Shown here: in pieces, positions 1-9,100 of the stretch | Numbering within the stretch: the first letter of the stretch is position 1 | How the letters are laid out: each line of letters starts with the position of its first letter | Origin: Lachnospiraceae bacterium | GTDB lineage: Bacteria > Bacillota > Clostridia > Lachnospirales > Lachnospiraceae | NCBI GenBank assembly: GCA_016301965.1 | Contig: JAEDOO010000001.1 | Coordinates: 4,283-68,282 of the forward strand | Direction of reading: 5' to 3' | Length of the DNA: 64,000 nt | Position numbers and translations under genes: made by a program | Notes under the pieces: generated by a model | The model's database searches: none | Told to the model about the DNA's origin: nothing | What the model saw: the letters and a program-made list of their open reading frames with translations, nothing else

Positions 1-1668
1 GCTTATAAGATGGTAGATACCTGCGCCGCCGAGTTTGCTGCGGCCACACCGTACTATTATTCCGTATATGGCGGAGAAAATGAGGCAGAGAGCACTCATG
101 ACCGCAAAAAGGTACTGGTTCTTGGTTCCGGCCCTATCCGTATCGGACAGGGTATCGAGTTTGACTTCTGCTCCGTGCACTGTACCTGGGCTTTCTCTAA
201 GGAAGGCTATGAGACTATTATCGTGAACAACAACCCGGAGACCGTAAGTACCGACTTCGATATTGCCGACAAGCTGTATTTCGAGCCGTTGACTCCGGAA
301 GATGTGGAAAATATAGTTAATGTTGAGAAACCGGACGGCGCTGTTGTGCAGTTCGGTGGCCAGACAGCTATCAAGCTGACAGAAGCACTGATCAAGATGG
401 GTGTGAAGATTCTGGGTACCGATGCCGCGGACGTAGATGCCGCAGAGGATCGTGAACTGTTTGACCAGATTCTGGCCAAGACCGGTATCAAGCGTGCTGC
501 CGGACGTACCGTATTTACGGTAGATGAGGCTCTGGACGCTGCCCACGAGCTGGGTTATCCGGTGCTGGTTCGTCCTTCCTATGTACTGGGCGGTCAGGGC
601 ATGCAGATTGCCATCAACGATAAGGATATTATTGAATATATCGGTATTATCAACCGCTATACCCAGGAACATCCGATTCTGGTAGATAAATATATCGTGG
701 GTAAAGAGATCGAGGTCGATGCGGTATGCGACGGTAAGGACATCCTGATCCCGGGTATCATGGAGCATATCGAGAGGGCCGGTATCCATTCCGGAGACAG
801 TATCTCCGTATATCCGGCTCAGACCATCAGCGATAAGGCAAAGGCTACCATTGAAGAATATACCAAACGTCTGGCACAGGCTCTGCACGTGCTGGGTATG
901 ATCAATATCCAGTTCATCGTCAGCAATGAGGATGAAGAGGTTTACGTGATCGAGGTTAACCCCCGTTCCAGCCGTACTGTTCCCTATATCAGTAAGGTAA
1001 CCGGTATTCCGATCGTACCGTTGGCAACCAGAGCGATCCTTGGCCATTCCATCCGGGATATGGGCTATGAGCCGGGACTGCAGCCGGAGGCAAAACATTT
1101 TGCCATCAAGATGCCGGTATTCTCCTTTGAGAAGATCCGCGGTGCCGACATCAGCCTTGGACCGGAAATGAAATCCACCGGTGAGTGTCTGGGTATTGCT
1201 GAAAACTTTAATGAAGCACTGTACAAAGCTTTTATTGGCGCCAATGTACGTCTGCCGAAGTTTAAAAATATGATCATGACGGTCCGCGATGACGCAAAAG
1301 AGGAGTCTCTGGAGATTGCCCGCCGCTTCGAAGCTCTGGGTTACAAGATCTATGCCACCAGAGGAACAGCCAACTACTATCGTGAAAACGGCGTACATGC
1401 GATCCGTACCAACAAGATCGAACAGCCGTCACCGAACCTGATGGATCTGATTCTCGGTCACAAGATCGACCTGGTTATTGATATCCCGTCCAATGGTGTG
1501 GAACATTCCCGTGATGGTTTCCTGATCCGTCGTAATGCCATTGAGACTGGTGTTAACGTTATTACAGCCATCGATACCGCAAAAGCACTGGTATCCAGTC
1601 TGGAAAATACAGACCTGAATAGTCTGGAGCTCATCGATATCGCAACGATTGCCTCCAGAGGCAAATAA
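1..1668 (+). CDS. carB: carbamoyl-phosphate synthase large subunit, C-terminal ~555 aa (5' end outside window)
   Basis: The frame-1 ORF is open to the window edge. The translation reads ..KMVDTCAAEFAA.., VLVLGSGPIRIGQGIEFD and EVNPRSSRT (second ATP-grasp half), followed by a C-terminal MGS-like domain. Confidence 0.93.
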   Translation, partial: AYKMVDTCAAEFAAATPYYYSVYGGENEAESTHDRKKVLVLGSGPIRIGQGIEFDFCSVHCTWAFSKEGYETIIVNNNPETVSTDFDIADKLYFEPLTPEDVENIVNVEKPDGAVVQFGGQTAIKLTEALIKMGVKILGTDAADVDAAEDRELFDQILAKTGIKRAAGRTVFTVDEALDAAHELGYPVLVRPSYVLGGQGMQIAINDKDIIEYIGIINRYTQEHPILVDKYIVGKEIEVDAVCDGKDILIPGIMEHIERAGIHSGDSISVYPAQTISDKAKATIEEYTKRLAQALHVLGMINIQFIVSNEDEEVYVIEVNPRSSRTVPYISKVTGIPIVPLATRAILGHSIRDMGYEPGLQPEAKHFAIKMPVFSFEKIRGADISLGPEMKSTGECLGIAENFNEALYKAFIGANVRLPKFKNMIMTVRDDAKEESLEIARRFEALGYKIYATRGTANYYRENGVHAIRTNKIEQPSPNLMDLILGHKIDLVIDIPSNGVEHSRDGFLIRRNAIETGVNVITAIDTAKALVSSLENTDLNSLELIDIATIASRGK

Positions 1669-1734
1669 ATAGTGGAAAATGTATGACATAGCGGGCCTGG
1701 CCCGCTGCATACACTTTCAGAAAAAAGGTGTATT

Positions 1735-2634
1735 ATGCTGGAATATTTAAAAGTTATTCTTCTGGGAATCGTGGAGGGTATTACGGAATGGCTGCCGATC
1801 AGCAGCACCGGTCATCTGATTCTTGTGGAAGAATTTGTAAAGCTGAGCGCCAGGGAAGAATTTATGGAAGTTTTTCGTGTGGTGATCCAGCTTGGCGCGA
1901 TCATGGCAGTTGTGGTGCTGTACTGGAGCAAGCTGTGGCCTTTCCACAGAAAGCAGACGAGAGAAAAAAGCTGGTTTGCCAATCCCTGTGAAAAAGGCAT
2001 CGGACAGAAACTGCAGCAGTTTGCCGACCACTATGTGGATATGGGCAAGATCGTTCTGTGGCTCAAGATCGTTGTTGCTGTGATTCCGGCCATGATTTTT
2101 GGTCTGTTGTTTGATGACTGGATGGATGAGCATCTGTACAATTATATTGTTGTGGCCATTGCCCTTATCGTTTATGGTGTGATTTTCATTGTTCTGGAAA
2201 ACCGAAACAAAGGAAAAACTCCGGAAATCACAAAACTGAAAAATATCAGCTTTAAGACAGCCTTGGGTATCGGTCTGTTTCAGGTGCTGTCCCTGATCCC
2301 GGGTACTTCCCGCTCCGGATCTACCATTATCGGTGGTATGCTTCTGGGAACCAGCCGTGAGCTGGCAGCGGAATTTACCTTTTTCCTGGGTATTCCTGTC
2401 ATGGCCGGAGCCAGTCTGTTAAAGCTTTTGAAATTCGGTTTTGCCTTTGAAAGCGGCGAGATCGGTCTTTTGCTTGTGGGCATGGTGGTTTCTTTTGTGG
2501 TATCTATTCTGGCGATCCGTTTCCTTATGGGGTATATTAAAAAACACGATTTCAAAGTGTTTGGATGGTACAGAATCGTATTGGGTGTTCTGGTTATCAT
2601 TTACTTTTTCATAAAATCTGTGGTTGCGGCCTGA
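1735..2634 (+). CDS. uppP: undecaprenyl-diphosphate phosphatase (BacA/UppP)
   Basis: 299-aa polytopic membrane ORF with the [14 protein letters not shown] and [10 protein letters not shown] motifs. Confidence 0.9.
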   Translation: MLEYLKVILLGIVEGITEWLPISSTGHLILVEEFVKLSAREEFMEVFRVVIQLGAIMAVVVLYWSKLWPFHRKQTREKSWFANPCEKGIGQKLQQFADHYVDMGKIVLWLKIVVAVIPAMIFGLLFDDWMDEHLYNYIVVAIALIVYGVIFIVLENRNKGKTPEITKLKNISFKTALGIGLFQVLSLIPGTSRSGSTIIGGMLLGTSRELAAEFTFFLGIPVMAGASLLKLLKFGFAFESGEIGLLLVGMVVSFVVSILAIRFLMGYIKKHDFKVFGWYRIVLGVLVIIYFFIKSVVAA

Positions 2635-2666
2635 GGGGCCTGAACCTGTGAAAGGGAGGTTTTGAC

Positions 2667-3596
2667 ATGACGAAGAAAAAAGTTGTAGTGGCTTTGGGAC
2701 ATACTGCTCTCGGTAAGACCATGCCGGAGCAGAGAGAAAATGTAAAGAAGGCGGCAAAGGCCATCGCTGATCTGGTGGAGGAAGGCGCTGAGGTTGCCAT
2801 TACCCACAGTAATTCCAATCAGGTGGGAATGATCCATACAGCCATGAATGAGTTTGGCCGTGATCACGCAGATTACACGGTAGCGCCAATGTCTGTCTGT
2901 TCTGCTATGAGCCAGGGGTATATCGGTTACGATCTGCAGAATGCCATCCGTACGGAGCTTTTGCACCGCGGCATCTACAAACCGGTGTGTACAGTGCTGA
3001 CTCAGGTGCCGGTAGATCCCTATGACGATGCATTTGATGAGCCCACAAAGGTAATCGGCCGTGTGCTGACGGAGGAAGAGGCTCATGCAGAGGAAGAGAA
3101 AGGCAATTATGTGACAAAGGTGGAGGGCGGCTACAGACGTATCGTGGCGGCTCCGATTCCTCAGGGTATTATCGAGATCGATTCTATCCGTACTTTGCTG
3201 GACGCTGGACATATCGTGATCGCCTGCGGCGGCGGCGGTATCCCGGTGCTGCAGCAGGACAGAAACTTAAAGGGCGCCAGTGCTATCATTGAGAAGGATT
3301 ATGTCTGCGGGCTGATGGCTTCTATGGTGGATGCGGATGAGCTTCTTTTGCTTACTGGCGTGGATGAGCTGGCTATTGGCTACGGTACGGAAAATGAGCA
3401 GAAGCTGGGGCTGATCTCTACGAATGAGGCTCGTAAGTATATGAAGGAAGAGAAGTTTGATAAGAAGACGGTGTATCCGAAGCTGAAGGCTTCTGTGGAA
3501 TTTGTGGATCAGAGACCGGGACGTTCGGCGGTGATTACTTCTTTGGCGAAGGCTAGGGAGGGGTATCTGGAGAAGGCGGGTACTATTATTAAATAA
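2667..3596 (+). CDS. carbamate kinase-like protein (amino-acid kinase fold) with non-canonical motifs
   Basis: 309 aa with a GGGAGG SD. Overall similarity to carbamate kinase (VVVALG..., IACGGGGIPV, LLLLTGVD). The usual GGNAL and HGNGPQVG motifs read GHTAL and HSNSNQVG here. Confidence 0.7.
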   Translation: MTKKKVVVALGHTALGKTMPEQRENVKKAAKAIADLVEEGAEVAITHSNSNQVGMIHTAMNEFGRDHADYTVAPMSVCSAMSQGYIGYDLQNAIRTELLHRGIYKPVCTVLTQVPVDPYDDAFDEPTKVIGRVLTEEEAHAEEEKGNYVTKVEGGYRRIVAAPIPQGIIEIDSIRTLLDAGHIVIACGGGGIPVLQQDRNLKGASAIIEKDYVCGLMASMVDADELLLLTGVDELAIGYGTENEQKLGLISTNEARKYMKEEKFDKKTVYPKLKASVEFVDQRPGRSAVITSLAKAREGYLEKAGTIIK

Positions 3597-3622
3597 GCGA
3601 AAAGAGAATATGGGATTTATTG

Positions 3623-3655
3623 AAAAGGCTGTTCCTTTATGGGGCAGCTTTTTTT
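3623..3655 (+). terminator. rho-independent terminator after the carbamate kinase-like gene
   Basis: Stem ggctgttcc / ggggcagc (two G-U pairs), 5-nt loop, then T7. Confidence 0.7.
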
Positions 3656-3659
3656 GAAT

Positions 3660-3797
3660 GGGGACGCATCCGCGGCGAAAGACAGAGCCCATAAAAGATG
3701 TCCGGGAAAACGCGCTCTCGCTCCGCCTCAAACGTAGCGGACACTAAGTTCTAGCTTCGCCTTCGGCTTGCTCTCACTAAGTGCCGGCGTTTTCGTA
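3660..3797 (+). repeat. palindromic intergenic repeat, copy A (left arm + core, right arm replaced/truncated)
   Basis: Near-identical to 3823-3960 at a 163-bp offset, with a few substitutions and one 1-nt indel. Confidence 0.9.
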
Positions 3798-3822
3798 GGG
3801 ATTTGCGGGTGGAGTTTTGAGT

Positions 3823-4014
3823 GGGGACGCATCCGCGGCGAAAGACAGAGCCCATAAAAGATGTCCGGGAAAACGCGCTTTCGCTCCACCTCAAACGCAG
3901 CGGACACTAAGTTCGAGCGTCGCCTGTAGGCTTGCTCTCACTAAGTGCCGGCGTTTTCGGAGGGTTTTCCCGGACATCTTTTATGGGCTCTGCCTTACGA
4001 CTCGGATGCTGGGT
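3823..4014 (+). repeat. palindromic intergenic repeat, copy B (complete ~190-bp hairpin-forming element)
   Basis: Perfect 29-bp inverted repeat: 3846-3874 cagagcccataaaagatgtccgggaaaac and 3964-3992 gttttcccggacatcttttatgggctctg. Imperfect pairing extends outward to about 3823 and 4014. The core lies at 3875-3963. Confidence 0.9.
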
Positions 4015-4071
4015 TTGACTGGCAAATTATGTATTGGTGTATTTTGTCTGCAGAAAGGACAATTAAATCAT

Positions 4072-4100
4072 TGAAAAATAATGGATGGTGTGATATACTT
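4072..4100 (+). promoter_or_regulatory. candidate sigma-A promoter for the kinase/surface-protein module (extended -10)
   Basis: TTGAAA (4072-4077), 17-nt spacer, TGaTATACT (4092-4100). This would give a ~290-nt AT-rich leader. Confidence 0.4.
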
Positions 4101-4240
4101 CACAATACATAGTATACTTAGAGGATATAAATGACATTTATACTATACAAAAGGCCTTTTCAACAATCTGTTCACACATTGAAATATTTGAAGTCATATT
4201 GCATAATTCGCCTTTATTTAATAATAACAGCAATCTCATA

Positions 4241-4256
4241 TGTTCTGTTCAGAACA
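4241..4256. promoter_or_regulatory. perfect palindrome, candidate operator
   Basis: TGTTCTG-TT-CAGAACA: 7-bp arms with a 2-nt centre, located in the leader upstream of the kinase gene. Confidence 0.35.
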
Positions 4257-4392
4257 ATTATCCAAAGACAATTTTTTAAAGAATAACTGTTTTTTTGCAA
4301 AAGAAACAAATCCAGACCATGAAAATGATAAAGGATACTATAGTTGTAACGGTTAGTGTTGCAGTACGTGCAGCAGAGCAGGAGGTACAAAA

Positions 4393-6180
4393 ATGTTAGA
4401 ACCCGGTATGCTTGTGGATGGTAAATACAAAATTCTCAGTAAAATCGGACAAGGCGGCATGAGCGTGGTATATCTGGCGTTAAATGAACGGGCCAATAAG
4501 ACCTGGGCAGTTAAGGAGATACGAAAAGATGGGGTAGAGGATTTTACACCGGTGCAGCAGGGGTTGTTGACAGAGATAGAAATTCTGAAACATCTGCATC
4601 ACAGATATTTGCCAAGTATAGTGGATATTATCGATGGCGAGGACAGTTTTGTTATTGTTATGGACTATATTCAGGGAAAATCGCTGGATAAAGTGCTTAA
4701 GGAACGGATCGAAAGAGAAAATCGCCCCTTGAGTGTGACAGAGGTGATTTCTCTGGGCAGACAGTTATGCGATGTGCTGGAGTATCTGCATACAAGAGAA
4801 TGTCCTGTGATTTACCGGGATTTGAAGCCGGCAAATATTATGTTAAAGCCGGATGGGGATATCTGTCTGATCGATTTTGGCACGGCGAGGATCCTGAAAA
4901 AAGGCAGCTCTGAGGATACAACCTGTCTGGGCACCCCAGGATACGCAGCTCCGGAGCAATATGGCGGGAGTGGACAGTCGGGTCCACAAAGTGATATCTA
5001 CTGCCTGGGAGCCACACTGCATTATCTGCTTACCGGGCGCAATCCATCGGCTGCACCGTTTCATTTCCCGCCAATCACACAATGTCGTCCAACGCTTATG
5101 GAAGAAACACCAAAAGAATTTCGCAATATACTGCTTGGACTGGAGATGCTGCTTTGCAGATGCACACAGTATGAGGCAGAAAAACGTTATAAAAACTGTG
5201 TTCAGCTAAAATATGACCTGGAGCATGCCGAAGAACTGAGCCTTCCTTTCCGACGAAAAATAAAACGAAAATTACAGATATTTTTTATATGTGTGGGATT
5301 GACCGTCGTATTGGGGGGTGCGGCTGTGGCTGGGAAATTATTAGCCAGAAGGACGATGATGACGGGATATGAATATTACATAGAAAATGCTTCCGTTGCC
5401 ACTGGCGAAAAGAAGTTCCAGCTGTATAAAAAAGCGATAGCCTTAAGTCCGCAAAGAGAAGAAGCATGGTTGAACTTGTTGGAACTGGCAGATGAGGATG
5501 CGGTATTTACTGCAGAAGAAAGCAGTCTGATCCTGGGTCTTTTAAATGCCAGAGAGCAAGGGAGATTTCTGGACAATAAGACACTGTTTCAACAAAATAA
5601 AGGCGGCTATGTTCGGTTCGCCTATGCCATGGGTATGCTGTATTACTATGGGAGAGGCAGTGGTCAGGACAAAAAATCAGCCGGCGGCTGGTTTGCGGTG
5701 GTGAGCAAAGCCAATCTGGCTGAACTTGATCTGAAAGACGATAACGAAAAAAAGACTGCCTGGCAGGCCAGAGCAAATGTTTTGGAAAAAATTTGTTCAT
5801 ATACAGGTAAAATCGGCCAGATCAACCAGGCGGGGGATGCACAGGTTTCTTACGGAGATTACTGGAGAGACTTGACCGGACTGTTGAAGGCGGGCATAGC
5901 GGAAAGAGACAATGAAATTACGAAACTGCGTCTGTATGATGAAATCGTGTATCAAATCTGTACAAACTATGCTGCATTTAAGGAGTCAGGAATTTCCAAA
6001 GAGGAAATAGAACAGACATTGACGTATATAGAAGATGAGGTTCAAAAAAGAGAGACAGAGGGAAATGCGGTGGCAGACAATCTGAAAGCGGAGATTTTAT
6101 CAGTCGCCGTACTGGGGAAAAGACAGATAGAAGCAGCCTTTTCAGATGCTGCACAGAGGAGAACAAAAACGATATCCTGA
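4393..6180 (+). CDS. Hanks-type Ser/Thr protein kinase, single TM, extracellular Sel1/TPR-like domain
   Basis: 595 aa with an AGGAGG SD. Kinase motifs: GQGGMSVVY, WAVKEI, YRDLKPANIM, DFGTA, GTPGYAAPEQ. TM segment LQIFFICVGLTVVLGGAAVAG. C-terminal Sel1-like motif MGMLYYYGRGSGQDKKSAGGWF. Confidence 0.88.
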   Translation: MLEPGMLVDGKYKILSKIGQGGMSVVYLALNERANKTWAVKEIRKDGVEDFTPVQQGLLTEIEILKHLHHRYLPSIVDIIDGEDSFVIVMDYIQGKSLDKVLKERIERENRPLSVTEVISLGRQLCDVLEYLHTRECPVIYRDLKPANIMLKPDGDICLIDFGTARILKKGSSEDTTCLGTPGYAAPEQYGGSGQSGPQSDIYCLGATLHYLLTGRNPSAAPFHFPPITQCRPTLMEETPKEFRNILLGLEMLLCRCTQYEAEKRYKNCVQLKYDLEHAEELSLPFRRKIKRKLQIFFICVGLTVVLGGAAVAGKLLARRTMMTGYEYYIENASVATGEKKFQLYKKAIALSPQREEAWLNLLELADEDAVFTAEESSLILGLLNAREQGRFLDNKTLFQQNKGGYVRFAYAMGMLYYYGRGSGQDKKSAGGWFAVVSKANLAELDLKDDNEKKTAWQARANVLEKICSYTGKIGQINQAGDAQVSYGDYWRDLTGLLKAGIAERDNEITKLRLYDEIVYQICTNYAAFKESGISKEEIEQTLTYIEDEVQKRETEGNAVADNLKAEILSVAVLGKRQIEAAFSDAAQRRTKTIS

Positions 6181-6196
6181 AAGGGGGAATGGCGTG

Positions 6197-9100
6197 ATGT
6201 TAACAGCTGCGAGTCAGCAGAATTTTGAAAAAACATATCAACTATATGATACCCTGCACCGGTATTGCGCTGTGGCTTTTACAGTTTTTCTGGTATTGTC
6301 TGTTGTTTTGTTTTTTGCTTTTCATGTACCGCAGATCCTGAAAAAAATGACGGGAAGATCTTTAAAAAAAGTAAAAAAGAATAAGCGCAGGATCAGGTCT
6401 GTATGTCTTTGGCTTGGCGTAGGGCTTTTGCTTGCTGCTATGACAATACAAACAGCAAAAGCTGCAGAATCGAACCAACAAGAAGAAAAGGTGAAAATAT
6501 GTTTTGATATGGCATGTACAAAGGATAACCCGCTGGTGCTGACCTATGGTGCGAAACCGGCAGAGCTGTCGTTTTCTCTGAAATACGGGAATACCGAGCT
6601 TAAGGAAGAGATAAAGCGCATGGAAATTGTGACAGACAACAAAGATGCCGTGGAAGTAACGGCTGATCGGTTTGCACAGAAGCTTACTTGCAGGGCAAAA
6701 CAGGAAAAAAACGGTTTGACAGCAGTAAAAATATCCGTGCGAACGGACACGCATCGATACAGCACAACAATATACATGCGAACCATATTTCTCCCGCAGC
6801 AGAAAAAAACAGAAAGCAGTCAGACGGGTTCTTTAAATCCTGAAAATAATTCGGAGAAAAAATCACACAATGCTGCCGCACAGGATACGTCAGTTCAAAA
6901 AAGAGAGAAACAAAATGCGCTGATGCCAGGAAAAGAAAGCAGGATATCCGACTATATTACAGTGAATGAAAAAACCAGTGTTCGTGTTCATGAGGATAAA
7001 GAAAACGATGTCTGCTATTATGGGAAAAATGCGTGGGTCAGCTTCAGACTGCATGGTGAATATAATAAAATGTATCTGGAAAACGGAAAAGACATTACTG
7101 AGACAGGGATGAGGCTGGAAGAAGGAAAATACTGTGGAGATAAGAAAGAGATTCTTGTATACCTGACCAGGGAGAATGAGATCAAGGATACTGCGCAGAC
7201 CGTGCTTGAGCAAAAGACAGACTTATTTGCACTTACCTTCATCTATGATTCTGAGGCACCGCAATGCGAGACCATTGATTTTGGCATGTGTCATAAAGTA
7301 TATGATGATCTGTCGGCTGATGTGACATTTAGTTTATATGAGAATAAACCGGTTTCTGCCAGCGTAGCTTTTGGTGACAGTGATTCTGGTGTCAGCGGAT
7401 GGTCCTATTATGTGGCAAAGATAACGGATGACAGCAGTTATGAAAGTCTATTAACAGAAGAAGATTTTGAAGATGTTTTGGCTGGCGGACATTTTTCTGA
7501 AGGAACAAAAGATCAGGTGATCAAGGTTGGGGAGATAGAGCGTGGAAAAATATCGGAAGGAAATTATGTGGTATTTGTCAAATTGATAGATCATGTGGGA
7601 AATATAAAAGTATATGGTTCAGATGGTGTTGTCATCGATGCCCATGACAATATTACGGTTGATATCGAGAAAAAAACTCAAGAAACAGAAGGGGAAGAAC
7701 GATGGCAAAACAGAAACTGGTATGCAGGTAATGCAAAGCTGGTGCTGAAAGCAGAGGAAGCTTCCGGAATAAACGACTGTTATTCGGGAGTGAATTGGAT
7801 GAAGTACACCGTTTCAAGGCATTACGGAAATGGAAAAACTGTTACAGAAAAGGAGCAGACGATATGTGCAGATATACCGCAAAAAATAACACGCAAAGAA
7901 CTTCAGACGTTCTGCAGGATGCAAAAGGATCTTTTTTTTACAGATACGAAAAGAAGCTCACAGGTGATCACTGTGCTTGCCATGGCAGCTGATCATGCAG
8001 GAAACCTTGTACAGAAGCCGGCGGAATATACGATGGTGCTGGATTCGATTGCTCCGAAATTTGTTGCTTCTGTATGTTCTCAGGTGAATCATGGGGGAAA
8101 ATTCCTGAACGGCTGCTATGCCAACAGCAATGTGACCTATACAGCATCGGTAAAAGAACGATTTCTTAAGGATATTTTGGTATCTGTCAATGGTACGGCA
8201 TATACGCTTAAGGAATTGCAGGAGCATCGGGAAGAACTGGGGATTGCGTCAGTGACCATGGACGAAACACCGGATATTACTAAAACGACAGATGGAAGTA
8301 CCTACACATTTTCTGTGGAGTTTGCGGCGGATGGTACGTATGATGTCCGTGGGTTTGTTCAGGACGCTTCCGGAAATACAGCGACAGATAGGGGCTTTCG
8401 ATTTATTATAGATACCGTCTGCCCGGAACTGGAAGTGAAGTATACCGCATATCGTAAAGACGGAACAAGCTGTGAACTGAAGTTGTCTGATCAGCATGTT
8501 TATATCGGAGAAGAATTTTCTCATGTAACAGCAGAAGCAATGGTCAGGGAATCAAATTTTGAGGCAAAAAACGCAAGCCTTACCTGTTATGCGAAAAACG
8601 CCAAAGGTAAAAATGTGGCGGTTCTGGATTATCGGAAAGCCTTTCAGGGAAAATGGGATAACCTGGGCAGTGTCAGTGAATCCGATACACGAAACATACT
8701 GAAAATGACACTTCCCGAGATTGCAATTGACGCAAATTATGAATTTGTCTATTACGTAAAGGATCTGGCAGGTAATGCGCTTGAAAAAGAGCAGAAACAA
8801 TCTTTGACGCTGGATCGCAGAAAACCCACGGGTATGGTGAAAGCAGATCATCTGGTACAGGAAAATGGTTCTGGAATATGGAAAAAACTGATACATAGGA
8901 TTACGTTCGGTCTGTTTGGAAAAAACAGTGTCAGGATTTCTATGACAGGACAGGATGAAACTTCCGGCATAGCTTCTGTTACTTACCTTGCAGCAGAAAA
9001 AGGATTGCCAAGAGAGGATCTTGAAAAAAGAACTGACTGGAAAATATATAAAAAAGAACTTACCTATCGCGGCAGTCAGAAACTGGTAATTTATGAAAAA

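Noticed and set aside
1690-1706. Hairpin agcgggcc-t-ggcccgct after carB, and the hairpin at 15309-15325 after murE, considered as terminators
   Set aside because: Neither is followed by a T tract, and the downstream genes are closely spaced and co-directional. They are too weak to call.
3660-4014. The tandem 163-bp repeat and the 13581-13706 triple repeat, considered as CRISPR arrays
   Set aside because: There are only 2-3 units. The units are long palindromic elements or 22-nt hairpins without unique spacers of uniform length, and no cas genes are present.
3817-4074. 85-aa ORF, plus the minus-strand ORFs 13289-13669 and 13497-13751
   Set aside because: They lie entirely within the palindromic and mini-hairpin repeats. 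The reading frames are a by-product of the repeat sequence, and there is no SD.
6146-6196. Track start of the giant ORF at 6146, overlapping the kinase gene by 35 nt
   Set aside because: ATG 6197 has a strong SD (AAGGGGGA) at 8-nt spacing and avoids the overlap. 6146 has none.
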